From Octopus sinensis (lineage: Eukaryota), in contig NC_043004.1 in NCBI RefSeq assembly GCF_006345805.1, positions 45,632,001 to 45,696,000 on the forward strand: a DNA stretch of 64,000 bases, in the 5' to 3' direction. Below the pieces are notes generated by a model. It saw only the letters and a list, made by a program, of their open reading frames with translations, was not told the origin of the DNA and did not search any database. This document shows positions 14,030 through 25,460 of this stretch, piece after piece (the stretch's first letter is position 1; each line of letters begins with the position of its first letter). The position numbers and the translations under genes were made by a program.

Positions 14030-14235
14030 TTCTACGATTGGCAGGAGGCCTGAAATTTTAGGGCAGGGGATTAATCAGTTTCATCGGCGCCAGTGGTACT
14101 TATTTCATCGACTCCGATAGGATGAATGCCAAAATTGACCTCAGCGAAATTTGAACCCAGAACATAAAAAGAAACGAAATGCCGCTAAGCATTTTGTCCT
14201 CTGTGCTTAACAATTCTGCCAGCTGGCCTCTTTTA
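14030..14235 (-). mobile_element. Family-B SINE, diverged
   Basis: GGTACTTATTTCATCGAC...GGATGAATGCCAAAATTGACCTCAGCGAAATTTGAACCCAGAAC...TTCTGCCAGCTGGCC. Confidence 0.75.
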
Positions 14236-15599
14236 GGTGACTAATAAGAATAAAGTTCAAATAGAATCTGTGCATATGTTTATAATTAGCATAAAGACAG
14301 TTCCAAGATACATCAATACCTGTTGTAACATGATTTTGCATGATGAATGTAACCAACCAAGTAAAAAGTGGTGATGTGGCTATTTCAGTTTAGCAACAGT
14401 GTACCACTAAATGAAAAACAAAAAGTTAGTCACTTCTTATATGAATGGAACAAGATGCTGTTTATATATATCGGAGAAAGTGAACGAATTTTATTTGTCG
14501 AAATCATCTAACGAGTGCCCAGAGCTATCACACCAAGCATGTTCAAACGGTGCCTCATGGATTTGTCAGGTGGTGCGTGTGAAGATGTTTATGACTGTCG
14601 CATCGCGAAGGGCACATATATTTCATCGTAAAACATACAATAACTCTACTATCCTTACGTTGAAAATGCAATCGCCCTAAATATTTCATCAGGACCCAAT
14701 TACAAGATTTTAACAATATTAAGCGAGAGCATAGTCACGTTAATATATATATATATGTATATATATTTCATTTTATCTAGTTTCAGCTCACGAGCTTTGG
14801 CCATGCAGGGGCACCGCCATGCATATTTATGTGTTACTTAAATGTGTGTGTGTGAGTTCAATCTTCTTGTTTCAGTTATTGAGCTGCAGACATGCAGAAG
14901 GATTTAGTCAGCCTTGGGTTATAGGAGAAGACACATGCCCAAGGCAACACATAGCGGTACTGAATACGGAACCACGTGGTTGAGAAGCAAACTTCTTATA
15001 GCACAACTACGCCTACATATAAAAGTAAAACCACGCTGAAAGCAGCTGTTCTGACATTAATCAACGAACGCGTAGTTTGTTTTAGTACAACAGTTAATTG
15101 ATTTTTTTTCTCGTAAATGAGAACAAATTTCATATACTGAAGACATAATCAAGATGAAGTATCACGTCCGTACATCTCCCCAACCAAATCTCTGGAATAT
15201 CTGAAGTATTTCATCCCAAAACACACATACACACACAGACACACACACAGAGATACACGCAATCATAGACACAAAAACACACTATATACACATATTTTTT
15301 TTATTTTCAACTTAAGTTGTGAAAATTAATCTCTGTCAGATTTAGACTTGACATCGCAAAAATTTGGTCCCATCTCGTCCTTATCACTTCATTTCGAGAG
15401 ATATTAAGAATTATTGATCATATCCGCGAAAACTCAGGGATTTTTAGCACATATCAAATCACAAATATTCGTCTATTTCAGCACATCACACATTCTCTCT
15501 TTATTTCTCTTTTTCATGTTATTGAATTTGTTAAATCCACCCAATATAATTTGTTAGTAGCCACAATTCATCTGACCACGGAAAGGACATGTATGTACG

Positions 15600-15715
<116 letters not shown>

Positions 15716-15729
15716 TATGTATAAAATTC

Positions 15730-15930
15730 ATAGTTAATCCAAACATGAAGAAAGAGAAAATACAACAACGCGAGGACGTGAAACATGTATGGTGTTATTG
15801 GACGCTCAGGAAGGAAAAGAAAGGAGAATTTAACGTTTCGAGCGGAGCTCTTCGTCAGAAGCATAGAAAAAGGAAAGGTCCAAGGAAGGGAAGACGGAGA
15901 AAGAAAATTGCCAACGATACACACGTGGTA
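15730..15930 (-). mobile_element. Penelope-type terminal-repeat fragment carrying a minimal hammerhead motif
   Basis: Reverse-complement homologue of 18880-19142. It contains TT-CTGACGA-A-GAGC-TCC-GCTC-GAAACGTT-AAA on the minus strand. Confidence 0.75.
15829..15860 (-). ncRNA. Minimal type I hammerhead ribozyme motif, canonical CUGACGA core
   Basis: CUGACGA, extra A, 4-bp stem II (GAGC/GCUC), GAAA, palindromic ACGU stem III, GUU site, stem I only 2 bp. Activity is not shown. Confidence 0.6.
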
Positions 15931-15989
15931 AACATATTATGTGTGTGTGAGTGTGTGTGTATGTCTGTGTGTGTGTATGTGTGGTCATA

Positions 15990-16208
15990 CGAGGGGTGCT
16001 GAAAAGTTCCTGACTTTGGGTAAAAGAAAATACAGGAAGATAAGGTAATTATGATTTTATTGAACACAATATCCTTTCAGATTCAGGCAACTTATTGCAG
16101 CGCACCTTGGCTTTTTCTAAGCCCTGTAACGGAATCCGGATATAATGGGCCTCCAGCCAGGCCTTTCGTTCACATCCTTAAAGCCAGGAACGTTTCATCA
16201 CCCACTTG
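15990..16208. mobile_element. Mariner-derived MITE
   Basis: TIRs CGAGGGGTGCTGAAAAGTTCCTGACTTT and AAAGCCAGGAACGTTTCATCACCCACTTG, with TA on both flanks. Confidence 0.85.
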
Positions 16209-16579
16209 TATATGAGCGGGTGTATATCTATGCGTGTGAAGTCGCATGCTGGATCGGACGATGCATTGTGCTCTTAAGCAAAATACTTAATTTAGCGTTG
16301 TTCCCGTTCACTCAGCTGACAAAAATGACAGACCGGCTTCCTTTTCTGGGGCGAAATATATACACCACAGAACATAGGAAACCGGTATTATGAGTCGGGA
16401 ATCTCCTTTGATCAGTTTTCGATCATGTATATATGTATACCAAAGGGTAACAACTTCAAAAACATCTGTCCAATAAATTACATTAAAATAGACAAAGATA
16501 GATCTGAGAGCGAATAAACGAATAAAACAATCCATAATCGTTAGTCCGGCAAAATATATTTCATCAGATAAACGATTAT

Positions 16580-16647
<68 letters not shown>

Positions 16648-16823
16648 CGAGGGCGTAATGAAAAGTTCCTCGATATCGTGAAAGGCGTGATTAGATAAAC
16701 AGAAGCACATTTGCAATAGCTGGGTGAATCTGAGGGGATATATGTTGAATAACATCGTAATTAACTGATCCTTGTGTACGTTTTTTTTTTACACAAAGTT
16801 AGGGACGTTTTAGAACCTACTCG
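16648..16823. mobile_element. Diverged mariner-derived MITE
   Basis: Starts TA|CGAGGGCGTAATGAAAAGTTCCT and ends AGGGACGTTTTAGAACCTACTCG. It is related to 15990-16208. Confidence 0.65.
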
Positions 16824-17137
16824 TGTATATATAATTAAGGGCTTTAATTAACACCAGTATTGCTAGAAATAAGAGAAAAAAACAACTCAATAGCCACAGT
16901 AAGCACTTCTTAATGATTTACAAGAGAGGCAAGGTATGCCTACTGCCGTAGGGAGCTTGCTTCCCTAGTCACTCATTAAGAATTGATTGTTGTGGCTATC
17001 GAGTTGTTTGGACTCTTATTTCTAGCAATACTGGTGCCGACTAGTGCCCTTAGGCACATTAGTGTCCTATATATTTCTGCTTTTAGGGTGTAAAATTGCG
17101 AATTAGCCACCCATATTATGTATATATGTATGTATAT

Positions 17138-17684
17138 GTCAGGTTACTTTCGAGTGCTACCGGTAACATGTAACCCAGTACAACCTGTTGCATGGTGGGG
17201 TCGTCGGCGACGAAACAGGCAACCCCACCAAGCTTGCTTGGTGAGGAGGGTGTATTTTGGACACCCTGCGGGATGAAAAACAAAACCCGTCAAAGTGCGG
17301 AGGAACTCTTGAGACTCAACGGCCATCCAATAAATGTCTTAAGGATGTATCATGCGTGGGGACATAGAAATAATCGGACTGAATACCCGATCGCGCGGTT
17401 AAACCATTGGGGGTGAAGGACTCCTAGCCTTTGTTAGAGCATCCTTCTAGGAGAAGGTAACTCAGGTAACTGGGATAACTCCGACGTAAAACCTGCGGCT
17501 CAGTGGTTACCGATGATGTTGACTTGTTCTTTTTGGATTAAGGCTGCTGTTGCTTAGTGAGTGGGATTGGCTCAGTGCACAGCCTTTCCTCACTCTAGAA
17601 ATAATCTTCTTGCACAGACATTGCACGATAACATTGATTAAGCTTCGTGCAATGGCCGTACTCGATAACGAGGGGGAAGCCACC

Positions 17685-17690
<6 letters not shown>
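17138..17690 (+). mobile_element. 5' region of an RTE-like LINE (non-coding); homologous copy at 52190-52686 (-)
   Basis: About 140 bp (GGTAACATGTAACC...CAAAACCCGTCAAAGT) is shared with the reverse complement of 52545-52685, with weaker homology beyond. The RTE assignment rests on general resemblance only. Confidence 0.5.
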
Positions 17691-17717
<27 letters not shown>

Positions 17718-18212
17718 TGTATGTATGTATGTATGTATGTATGTATGTATGTATGTATGTATCTATTTTTACGTATATATCTATACAATTCTTTTAGTAA
17801 TGCTGGACTGTGAAGCAGATAACCTACAAGTAATAGCAACTTGATATTAGATTAAAAACGCCTTTTGGTTACAAAAACGTCGAATGGTCCTAGGAAACCG
17901 AGTTATGAGCAAATTCATAGTCGGAAGTCACATGCTATATTTTTTATATATTTATTATCACTATTGAAATATACGCCTTGGATACGCCGCATAATCTTCG
18001 CTAAGGAGGGATGAATGTCAATGCGATTCGTTGTATGGTCGTTAAAATTCTTTAGAGATTATGGCACAGACACTTCTCAGAAGTTGCAAAGAACAGAAGT
18101 CATAATAATGTAAACAAAGTAAGATTAGTGATACTCAAATACAAGTCATAAATTTTGCATCAACCTCGCAACGTGGATGGCCTGTATTTATTAACAACAG
18201 TACTAACAGCGT

Positions 18213-18251
<39 letters not shown>

Positions 18252-18252
<1 letters not shown>

Positions 18253-18432
18253 GATAGATCGTTAGCCACTACACACATCTATTCTCTCCTTGTTTTCTGT
18301 GTCCCTTTCTGTAGAAGAGCCTAGGCTCGAAACGTAAAAGACTTTTTCTATTCCTGAGCGTTATACTAATACATCTGTTCGTTTTGTATACCACCTGTCT
18401 TCGTCTTTTGTTGTTTTTTCGTAAACTCTCAC
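18252..18432 (+). mobile_element. Short Penelope-type terminal-repeat element inside a (TA)n tract, with hammerhead-like motif
   Basis: (TA)n on both sides. 18305-18340 reads CTTT-CTGTAGA-A-GAGC-CTAG-GCTC-GAAACGTA-AAAG. Confidence 0.65.
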
Positions 18433-18461
18433 TATATATATATATATATATATATATAAGT

Positions 18462-18620
18462 GCTGGCGTGGCGGTGTGGTAAGAAGCTTGCTTCCCAGTC
18501 AAAGGGTTTGGGTTTAGTCCCACTACGTGACACCTTGGGAGAGTGTCTTCTACTAAAGCCACCAGAGACTTGTGAGTAGATTTGGTAAATCGAAACTGAA
18601 AGAAGCATTTCGTATATAGA
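18462..18620 (+). mobile_element. Family-A SINE head, diverged
   Basis: GCTGGCGTGGCGGTGTGGTAAGAAGCTTGC...GGTAAATCGAAACTGAAAGAAGC. Confidence 0.75.
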
Positions 18621-18879
18621 TATACGAAGTGTATATGTCTATATACATACATACATACACGTGTATATATATATATAGTCACGATTTCAGTGGCGTACTC
18701 CGGAAGAATGGTAACAGTAATCCGTAGGTGTAAAAATCCAGGAATTGGTATCCAAGGCACTCACGCACACACACACACACACACACACTGTGTCATCATT
18801 GCACACATACATACACACATACACACACGCACACGCAGACCTCTGCGCACGCACATATCCACACTTACACACACATTCC

Positions 18880-19138
18880 TCCTCCTCTACCATTTTCCTG
18901 TCTTTGAAAACACATTTCTTCACCCATTCCTTTCGGTTTCAAACTGTGACCTCGTGTGTATCGTTGGCGATTTTTTTTCCTCTGTCTTCCCTTCTCTGAA
19001 TCTTTCCTTCTCCTACGTTTCCGACGAAGAGCTCCGCTCGAAACGTTAAACCCGTCTTCTTTCCTTCTTTCCTGACCGTCCAATAATACTATATTTGTTC
19101 CACGTCCTCGTGTTTTTTTTGTGATTATTGTTGGGATT

Positions 19139-19142
<4 letters not shown>
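18880..19142 (+). mobile_element. Penelope-type terminal-repeat fragment with hammerhead motif (CCGACGA core)
   Basis: 19018-19050 reads TTT-CCGACGA-A-GAGC-TCC-GCTC-GAAACGTT-AAA. The 3' end GGATTAAC joins (TA)n. Confidence 0.75.
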
Positions 19143-19183
<41 letters not shown>

Positions 19184-19235
19184 ATATATATATAGATATA
19201 TTTATATATATATATATATGTATAATATTTATATG

Positions 19236-19266
<31 letters not shown>

Positions 19267-19467
19267 GATATATATCTATATATATATATATATATATATG
19301 ATATATATATATATGATATATATTAAATATATCTATGATATGTATATGTCAAGGTGATGCTCGAGCATGGCCGCAGTCAAATGAGTGAAATTAGCAAAAG
19401 AATAAAAGAATAAGAGAATGTATATATTAATGTGCGTGTGTGTGTGTGTGTGTGTGGTGTGTTGTGT

Positions 19468-19513
<46 letters not shown>

Positions 19514-19944
19514 AAATTATGAATTAGAAATAGCTCTGGTAATGTAAACATTATCGATCGCATATACAGTGTGTGTTTTGTTTGCGCGCCGAATTTACTG
19601 CAGAATAGCGTCGGGAAAATTTTCTTGCACAACGCTGAGAGTTAAAGAACACCTGAATATCATAGATGAGATAAGATAACCCACGCTGGATTGAATCCAA
19701 GAGTGGTAGATATCGATATTTCATTATTCTGGCTTTTCAATAGCACGCATATAGATCATTCCCAGACGAATCGAATCGAATCTCTGGTCTATGACTTATA
19801 TACAAGAGTGAAAACTGTTTATTGATGTACCATGACGAATCAGATGTGAAAGTAAATTAAATTATGTAATGTCAAAATTATAGATCTCAGGCTAAATGTC
19901 GGTATATACCATTCTTAGATTCAATCCGAGGTGAGTTGTCTCAC

Positions 19945-20023
19945 CTGTATATAACATTCAGGTGTTTTTTAACACTCAGCGTTTTTACAAGGAGCTTTTC
20001 CAGACGCTCTTCCGCAGCAAATT
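19945..20023 (-). CDS. Candidate 79-nt internal coding exon of an unidentified host gene
   Basis: Acceptor GTCTTTTGCTTATACCCAG and donor CAG|GTGAGA. One open frame gives (E)FAAEERLEKLLVKTLSVKKHLNVIY(R). It lies in unique, non-repeat sequence. I recognised no homologue. Confidence 0.3.
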
Positions 20024-20609
20024 CTGGGTATAAGCAAAAGACGTAGACTATGTATGCGCGATCGATAATATGCATATATATATATGTGTGTGTGTGTATG
20101 TGTGTGTGAATGAGTGTAGAAGTTAACACATATTCTCTATATGTGAAACTACAGTCTGAAACAGAATAACTGCTTTGATATTTTGTGGCCCTTAAATGGC
20201 TCAAGTGGTAACGATGTCTCGCTCAACTAATTTTTTTACCGTTTTGTTTAGTTTTTTCCGCTACCATCATATATTGAATCGAAGCAAAACGCATGTTTGA
20301 ATATTGAAACATTTATAAAATTTGGTAAATCTGAGGTAACTTTGCGGTACACTGTATAAGCACAGGGATAAAATACAGGAGCTTCGGCAGCAAGAAGTAA
20401 GGTGCAAGATCTTAATTTTGTTTTCCATTTAATCTCCAAGTGCATCTCAATTATTTTACCCGAATTTGCCGAGTTATGAATAATAGATTTCTTGTGTATA
20501 ATATGAGGAAATTTATCACTAACGTTAAGACATTTGCATTCGGGTTTATTTATATTTGAAATATTTGGATTTCTCGTTTAAGAAGGAGCTGGTTGTTTAT
20601 AAAGATTTC

Positions 20610-21042
20610 GGATCTTTTCGGTTTGAACGGCAGTTTTTCTAGCGGTATCATATGAAATTGTCACCCATAATTATGACCCTAGTATCGATCTATTGCATTT
20701 CAATCTCTTTTAGGGTTAGGGTTAGGGTTAGTTAGGGTTAGGGTAAAGGGAACGGTATCTTCTTTTTTCTTCACAAATGTAAATAAACCAAATCTGTTTC
20801 TTAAACGACGGACATATTCATAAGGCACAGAATGCTTTTTAAATCAATAGACGTCACTGATTGGTTGAAATTGCAGAAATTGAAGAAGAAAAACAACAAA
20901 TATCTTACAAACTATAGAATTTTCTCAATAAAGCCAAGAGAAAAAGATGTTTTATAAACACATTCTACCAGTATACGAAGTTTAAAATTTTCTAGTTACC
21001 TAGAAATTACTTTAAAAACTGCCGTTCAAACCGAAATGATCC
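20610..21042 (+). mobile_element. MITE with GG-ended ~29-bp TIRs, 8-bp TSD and internal TTAGGG repeats (Merlin-like or hAT)
   Basis: TIRs GGATCTTTTCGGTTTGAACGGCAGTTTTT and AAAAACTGCCGTTCAAACCGAAATGATCC. TSD AAGATTTC at 20602-20609 and 21043-21050. Confidence 0.9.
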
Positions 21043-21057
21043 AAGATTTCTATATTA

Positions 21058-21222
21058 TCTCAACCACATGGTTCCAGGTTAAGTCCCTCTGCGTGGCACC
21101 TTGGGCAAGTGTCTTCTACTATAGCCTAGGGCCGACCAAAGCCTTGTGAGTGAATTTGGTAGAGGGAAACTGAAAGAAGCCCGTCGTATATATGTATATA
21201 TATATATATATTATATATATAT

Positions 21223-21253
<31 letters not shown>

Positions 21254-21470
21254 ATGTTTGTTGTCTAGGTTTGACCCCCCCGACATCGCTTGGCAACAGA
21301 TGCTGGTTTGTTTACGTCCCCGTAACTAAGCGGTTCGGCAAAGCAGACCGATAGAATAAGTACTAGGGTTACAAAGAAAAGTCCTGGAGTCTATTTGCTC
21401 GACTAAAGACGGTGCTCCAGCATGGCCGCAGTCAAATGGCTGAAACAAGTAAAAGAGTAAAAGACTATAT
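21058..21470 (+). mobile_element. Family-A SINE, slightly 5'-truncated
   Basis: CAACCACATGGTTCCAGGTTAAGTCCC...GGCCGCAGTCAAATGGCTGAAACAAGTAAAAGAGTAAAAG. Confidence 0.9.
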
Positions 21471-22254
21471 AGCTAAGTATACCAATATTACATGCATATA
21501 TGTTAATTTATGTATGAACATGGTTCATAACAACGTACGTAGTACCTACCTGCCCAAACTACCTACCTACCTACATACATAAATACGTATGTACATAATA
21601 CATACATACATAAATACTATGTACATAATACATACATACACACATACATGCATACATATATACATACATACGTACAAACACACATTTGTAAATACATGCT
21701 AACATACATACATATCGAAATAATCTGGCTACAAACCTGCTGCTTCTGTGTCGACAGAAATTTAATTAGGATTTAGGAACTAACAATAATGGAGTAATGC
21801 TACAAACGAAAGAAATAATAATTAAAGAAAGAAGGAGAAAAAAAGTTGAAAAGACGGAATACGATGACAATAACATATATATGATACTCTCTCGAGAATG
21901 ATGGTTCTGCAGTTTTTGCTGAAGAGCCTGCACAAATTTGTTTATACTGATCAAATATTTTTGCAGCACATATGATCACTCTCTCCTTGAAGTTGACATT
22001 GCATGTGCGTTTGGAAAGGTGTGCTATACGTCAGATGTCGATCGAAGTGACCACAGCGCAATGGGAGTTAAAGTGTTTTTGAACTCAACGCACATCAAAG
22101 TCCTGAAGTGGAACCTACGGCCTGACGATCATGAGCGCAGCACACTTCCCATTAGGTCAGGCACATTCACTATAACAAAAACAAACAAGGATTACGTCTG
22201 CAATAGGAACAATAACTATATCACACATATATCGGCATCCAGACAGGGATTTAA

Positions 22255-22696
22255 GGATCTTTTCAGTTTGAACGGCAGTTTTTAACATAATTTCTAGGTA
22301 AGTAAAAAATTTTAAACTTCATATACTAGCAGAAAGTGTTTATAAAACATCTTTATCTCTTGGCTTTATTGAGAAAATTCTATAGTTTGTAAAATATTTG
22401 TTGTTGTTTTCTTCAATTTCTGCAATTTCAACCAATCAAATACGTCTATTGAGGTAAAAAACATTGTGCCGTATGAATATGTCCCTCATTTAAAAAACAG
22501 ATTGGGTTTATTTACATTTGTGAAGAAAAAAAAGATACCTTTCCCCCCATCCTTAAACCTTATCCTAACCCTAACCCTAACTAACCCTAACACTAAAACA
22601 GATTTAAATGCAATAGATCGATACTAAGGTCATAATTATGGGTGACAATTTCATATGACACCGCTAGAAAAACTGCCGTTCAAACCGAAAAGATCC
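22255..22696 (-). mobile_element. Second copy of the TTAGGG-carrying MITE, inverted relative to 20610-21042
   Basis: Same TIRs, with a CCCTAA tract at about 22563-22592. TSD GGATTTAA at 22247-22254 and 22697-22704. Confidence 0.9.
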
Positions 22697-22753
22697 GGAT
22701 TTAATTTAATTTGCTTGGTGGTCAACATAGTGATTGTCGAATTTACGCTATCT

Positions 22754-23060
22754 TGTAAAGGGTAAAGGTCCCCTTCTGTCATGAATGACAATAAAATTGC
22801 ACCAAGATAGTTCCCTTCCGAGGCACATATCCGGTCAATGGTTTATGGAAGACTAGCAGTCGCCTATGAAAACCAGCCACCCCGCTCCACACTACTCATG
22901 TTATCCAAGGCCGATACAGCTTGGTGCCAGTGACGCCGAAACTCATTTCCGCTGCAACGTGAAATAAAGTGTCTTGCTTAAGAACACAACACACAGCCCT
23001 GTTCGGAAACGAACTCGCGACCGCATGACTGTGAGTTCGACATTTTAACCGCTGAGCCAT
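22754..23060 (-). mobile_element. tRNA-derived SINE, family D (TTTACC-type tail), diverged
   Basis: Minus-strand head ATGGCTCAGCGGTTAAAATGTCGAACTCACAGTCATG...GAGTTCG. It is homologous to 31036-31328. Confidence 0.75.
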
Positions 23061-23444
23061 CTGCAGTATTAATATCTGGTTGGTCAATATAAAACAGCAA
23101 ACGTTACGCCTCCAGGATACCAATTTCGCTTTTATTTCATATTTAATTTACAACAATTTTAGGAAAAGGAGTGTCATTGGTTATTAGGTGGCAAAGGACC
23201 ATACATTCATTCATTACATGTTTTCAGTGGCGAGAGTTACAGAGAGCGTGTCACGCATCTACGTAATTTACTTAGAGGAGAAAATAATACAAAAGGTTTT
23301 GGCTTGAACAAAACTGATTTATAGAGTTTCACGACAGCGTTTATATATTTAACCGACCACCAATATATATCGACTATTGGAGATACACCATATAGGTGTG
23401 TGTTGTGTACATATCTATCTATCTATCTATCTATCTATATATCT

Positions 23445-23484
<40 letters not shown>

Positions 23485-23506
23485 CCTATCTATCTATCTA
23501 TTATAC

Positions 23507-23583
<77 letters not shown>

Positions 23584-23585
<2 letters not shown>

Positions 23586-23940
23586 TTAGAGATAAAACCA
23601 CTATTAGGCGCAAATCAAACAGTGAAAATCATAAGCCAATACATAGAAATAAGATTAATTAAAAAATATATAAAAAATATAAAATTATTAATTTGAATAA
23701 TTTAAAAAAAAATTTACTTTAAGTTAAATATTTTAATTGGATTTTTATATTTTATATTTAATATTTTTTATACATTTTTTAATTAATTTTATTTCTATGT
23801 ATTACCTTATGATTTTCACTGTTTGATTTGCCTAATAGTGGTTTTATCTCTAATTAAATATAATGTATATTTATACTATAAAATTAGATTTAATCCTAAA
23901 TCTAATTTTTCCCTGTAAGTTTGGATTTACTCCCTAATGT

Positions 23941-23945
<5 letters not shown>
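23584..23945. mobile_element. AT-rich fold-back element (arms of ~95 bp, 23584-23855) between (TA)n tracts
   Basis: AATTAGAGATAAAACCACTATTAGGC...ATCATAAG...ATAGAAATAA is repeated in reverse complement. A probable inverted Penelope terminal repeat (inference). Confidence 0.7.
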
Positions 23946-23972
<27 letters not shown>

Positions 23973-24309
23973 GCATACATACATATACACACATTGATAC
24001 ATGCACACATACACATACAAAATACAGGCGCACTTCTTACAAGTACAAACCTACAAACCTCTGTAAACACATATACATAAATATTCGCAACGACAAGGGT
24101 TCAGTTCGATCCTCTTGCTTACCATCTTGAGCAGATGTTAAATTCTGTTGCAATTGGTAGGCCCATATTTTTTAGTGAAACTGGACAGACGGAAACTATA
24201 TAGAAACCCGTCAGACTGATCGTACCTGAAATTCAAAGATTCAAACCCACTACACTTAATACCACACTTATTAAGCTTGATAATTACATTATGATAAACG
24301 TTTATGTAC

Positions 24310-24505
24310 AATAGGAGCAGGTGTGGCTGTGTGGTAACTAGCTTGCTTACCAGCCACATGATTCCGAGTTCATTCCCACTGCGTTGCGCGTGTCTTCTAC
24401 TATACCCTCGGGCCGACCAAAGCCTTGTGAGTGAATTTGATAGACGGAAAGGCGGTGCTCCAACATGGCCGCAATCAAATAACTGAAACAAGTAAAAGAG
24501 AAAAA
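24310..24505 (+). mobile_element. Family-A SINE with internal deletion
   Basis: The head GCAGGTGTGGCTGTGTGGTAAC is fused at GACGGAAAGGCGGTGCTCC to the tail. Confidence 0.8.
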
Positions 24506-24609
24506 AATGATCAGCTTATCAGTAGTAATCCAGCGAGAAGATAGTTCCGTTGCACAAATAACTGAATACTGATCGCGGAATCCGACGGAGATCTAAACAT
24601 CAATATATA

Positions 24610-25460
24610 TATATCAATATCTATAAATCTGAAATGCGAAAAGTTTCTTTGTCTGGTTTTGGCATTGGAACGGGTTAAAGGCCACTAGATCCCGTCGGAT
24701 TGACTCCAAAATTTACAGGGACGTGTAAAATGAGGTGTGGATGTCAGTGGGCTAGGTTAGAAATCTTAAAAGCTGTGGTTACTAGGGCAAAAAACGCACA
24801 CTTTGACAAGTCTTCTCTCATTCTTTTTTGTGTCTGTCTTTCTCCGTTTCTCTCTCTTCCCTCCCTTCCTTTCACTTTCTCTCTATAACGTTGTTTGACA
24901 GTGTCTACTATCTTGTCCCCGCCGCATCACTCTTTCTTCTAAATCCTCTCTCTCTCTACGTCTGTCTGCATTCATAGAGACAATTATTATCGCCACATCT
25001 ACCACACAATCATGGGAACAGATATTATGAATCAGATATTTATTGGATTAATTAATATGTGTGTGTGTGTGTTCTATATATAATTATGTCTATATAATGT
25101 ATATATACAAAGTGTATATACTGTATATATATATAATTTGTATACATTTGCATATATATAGCGTATTTACGTACATATATATGTTTAATGCGTATATATA
25201 TATATAAATATATATATATTATATATAATATATATATATATATTATATATATATTATATAATATATAATATATATATATTATATATGTGTGCATTATGTG
25301 ATCGGTTGAGCTGAAAATATGCACACCTGTGTTAAAAGTGCTAGCGAGATTGCATGGCAACTATTTTTTCCTCAAATGAAAGGCGTGACCTTTAGGACAA
25401 AATTCCTCATCGTATAAAATGTGGCCCGAGTAGACCCGAATGAAATCGGGTTATATTAAC
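24610..25460 (+). mobile_element. Possible decayed non-autonomous Helitron interrupted by microsatellites
   Basis: 5' ATATCTATAAATCTGAAATGCGAAAAGTTTCTTTGTCTG and a subterminal hairpin CCCGA-ATGAAA-TCGGG. The terminal CTRR is not conserved. Confidence 0.3.

Noticed and set aside
20710-20745. TTAGGG repeats as a telomere or fusion scar
   Set aside because: They are internal to a TIR/TSD-bounded MITE present twice.
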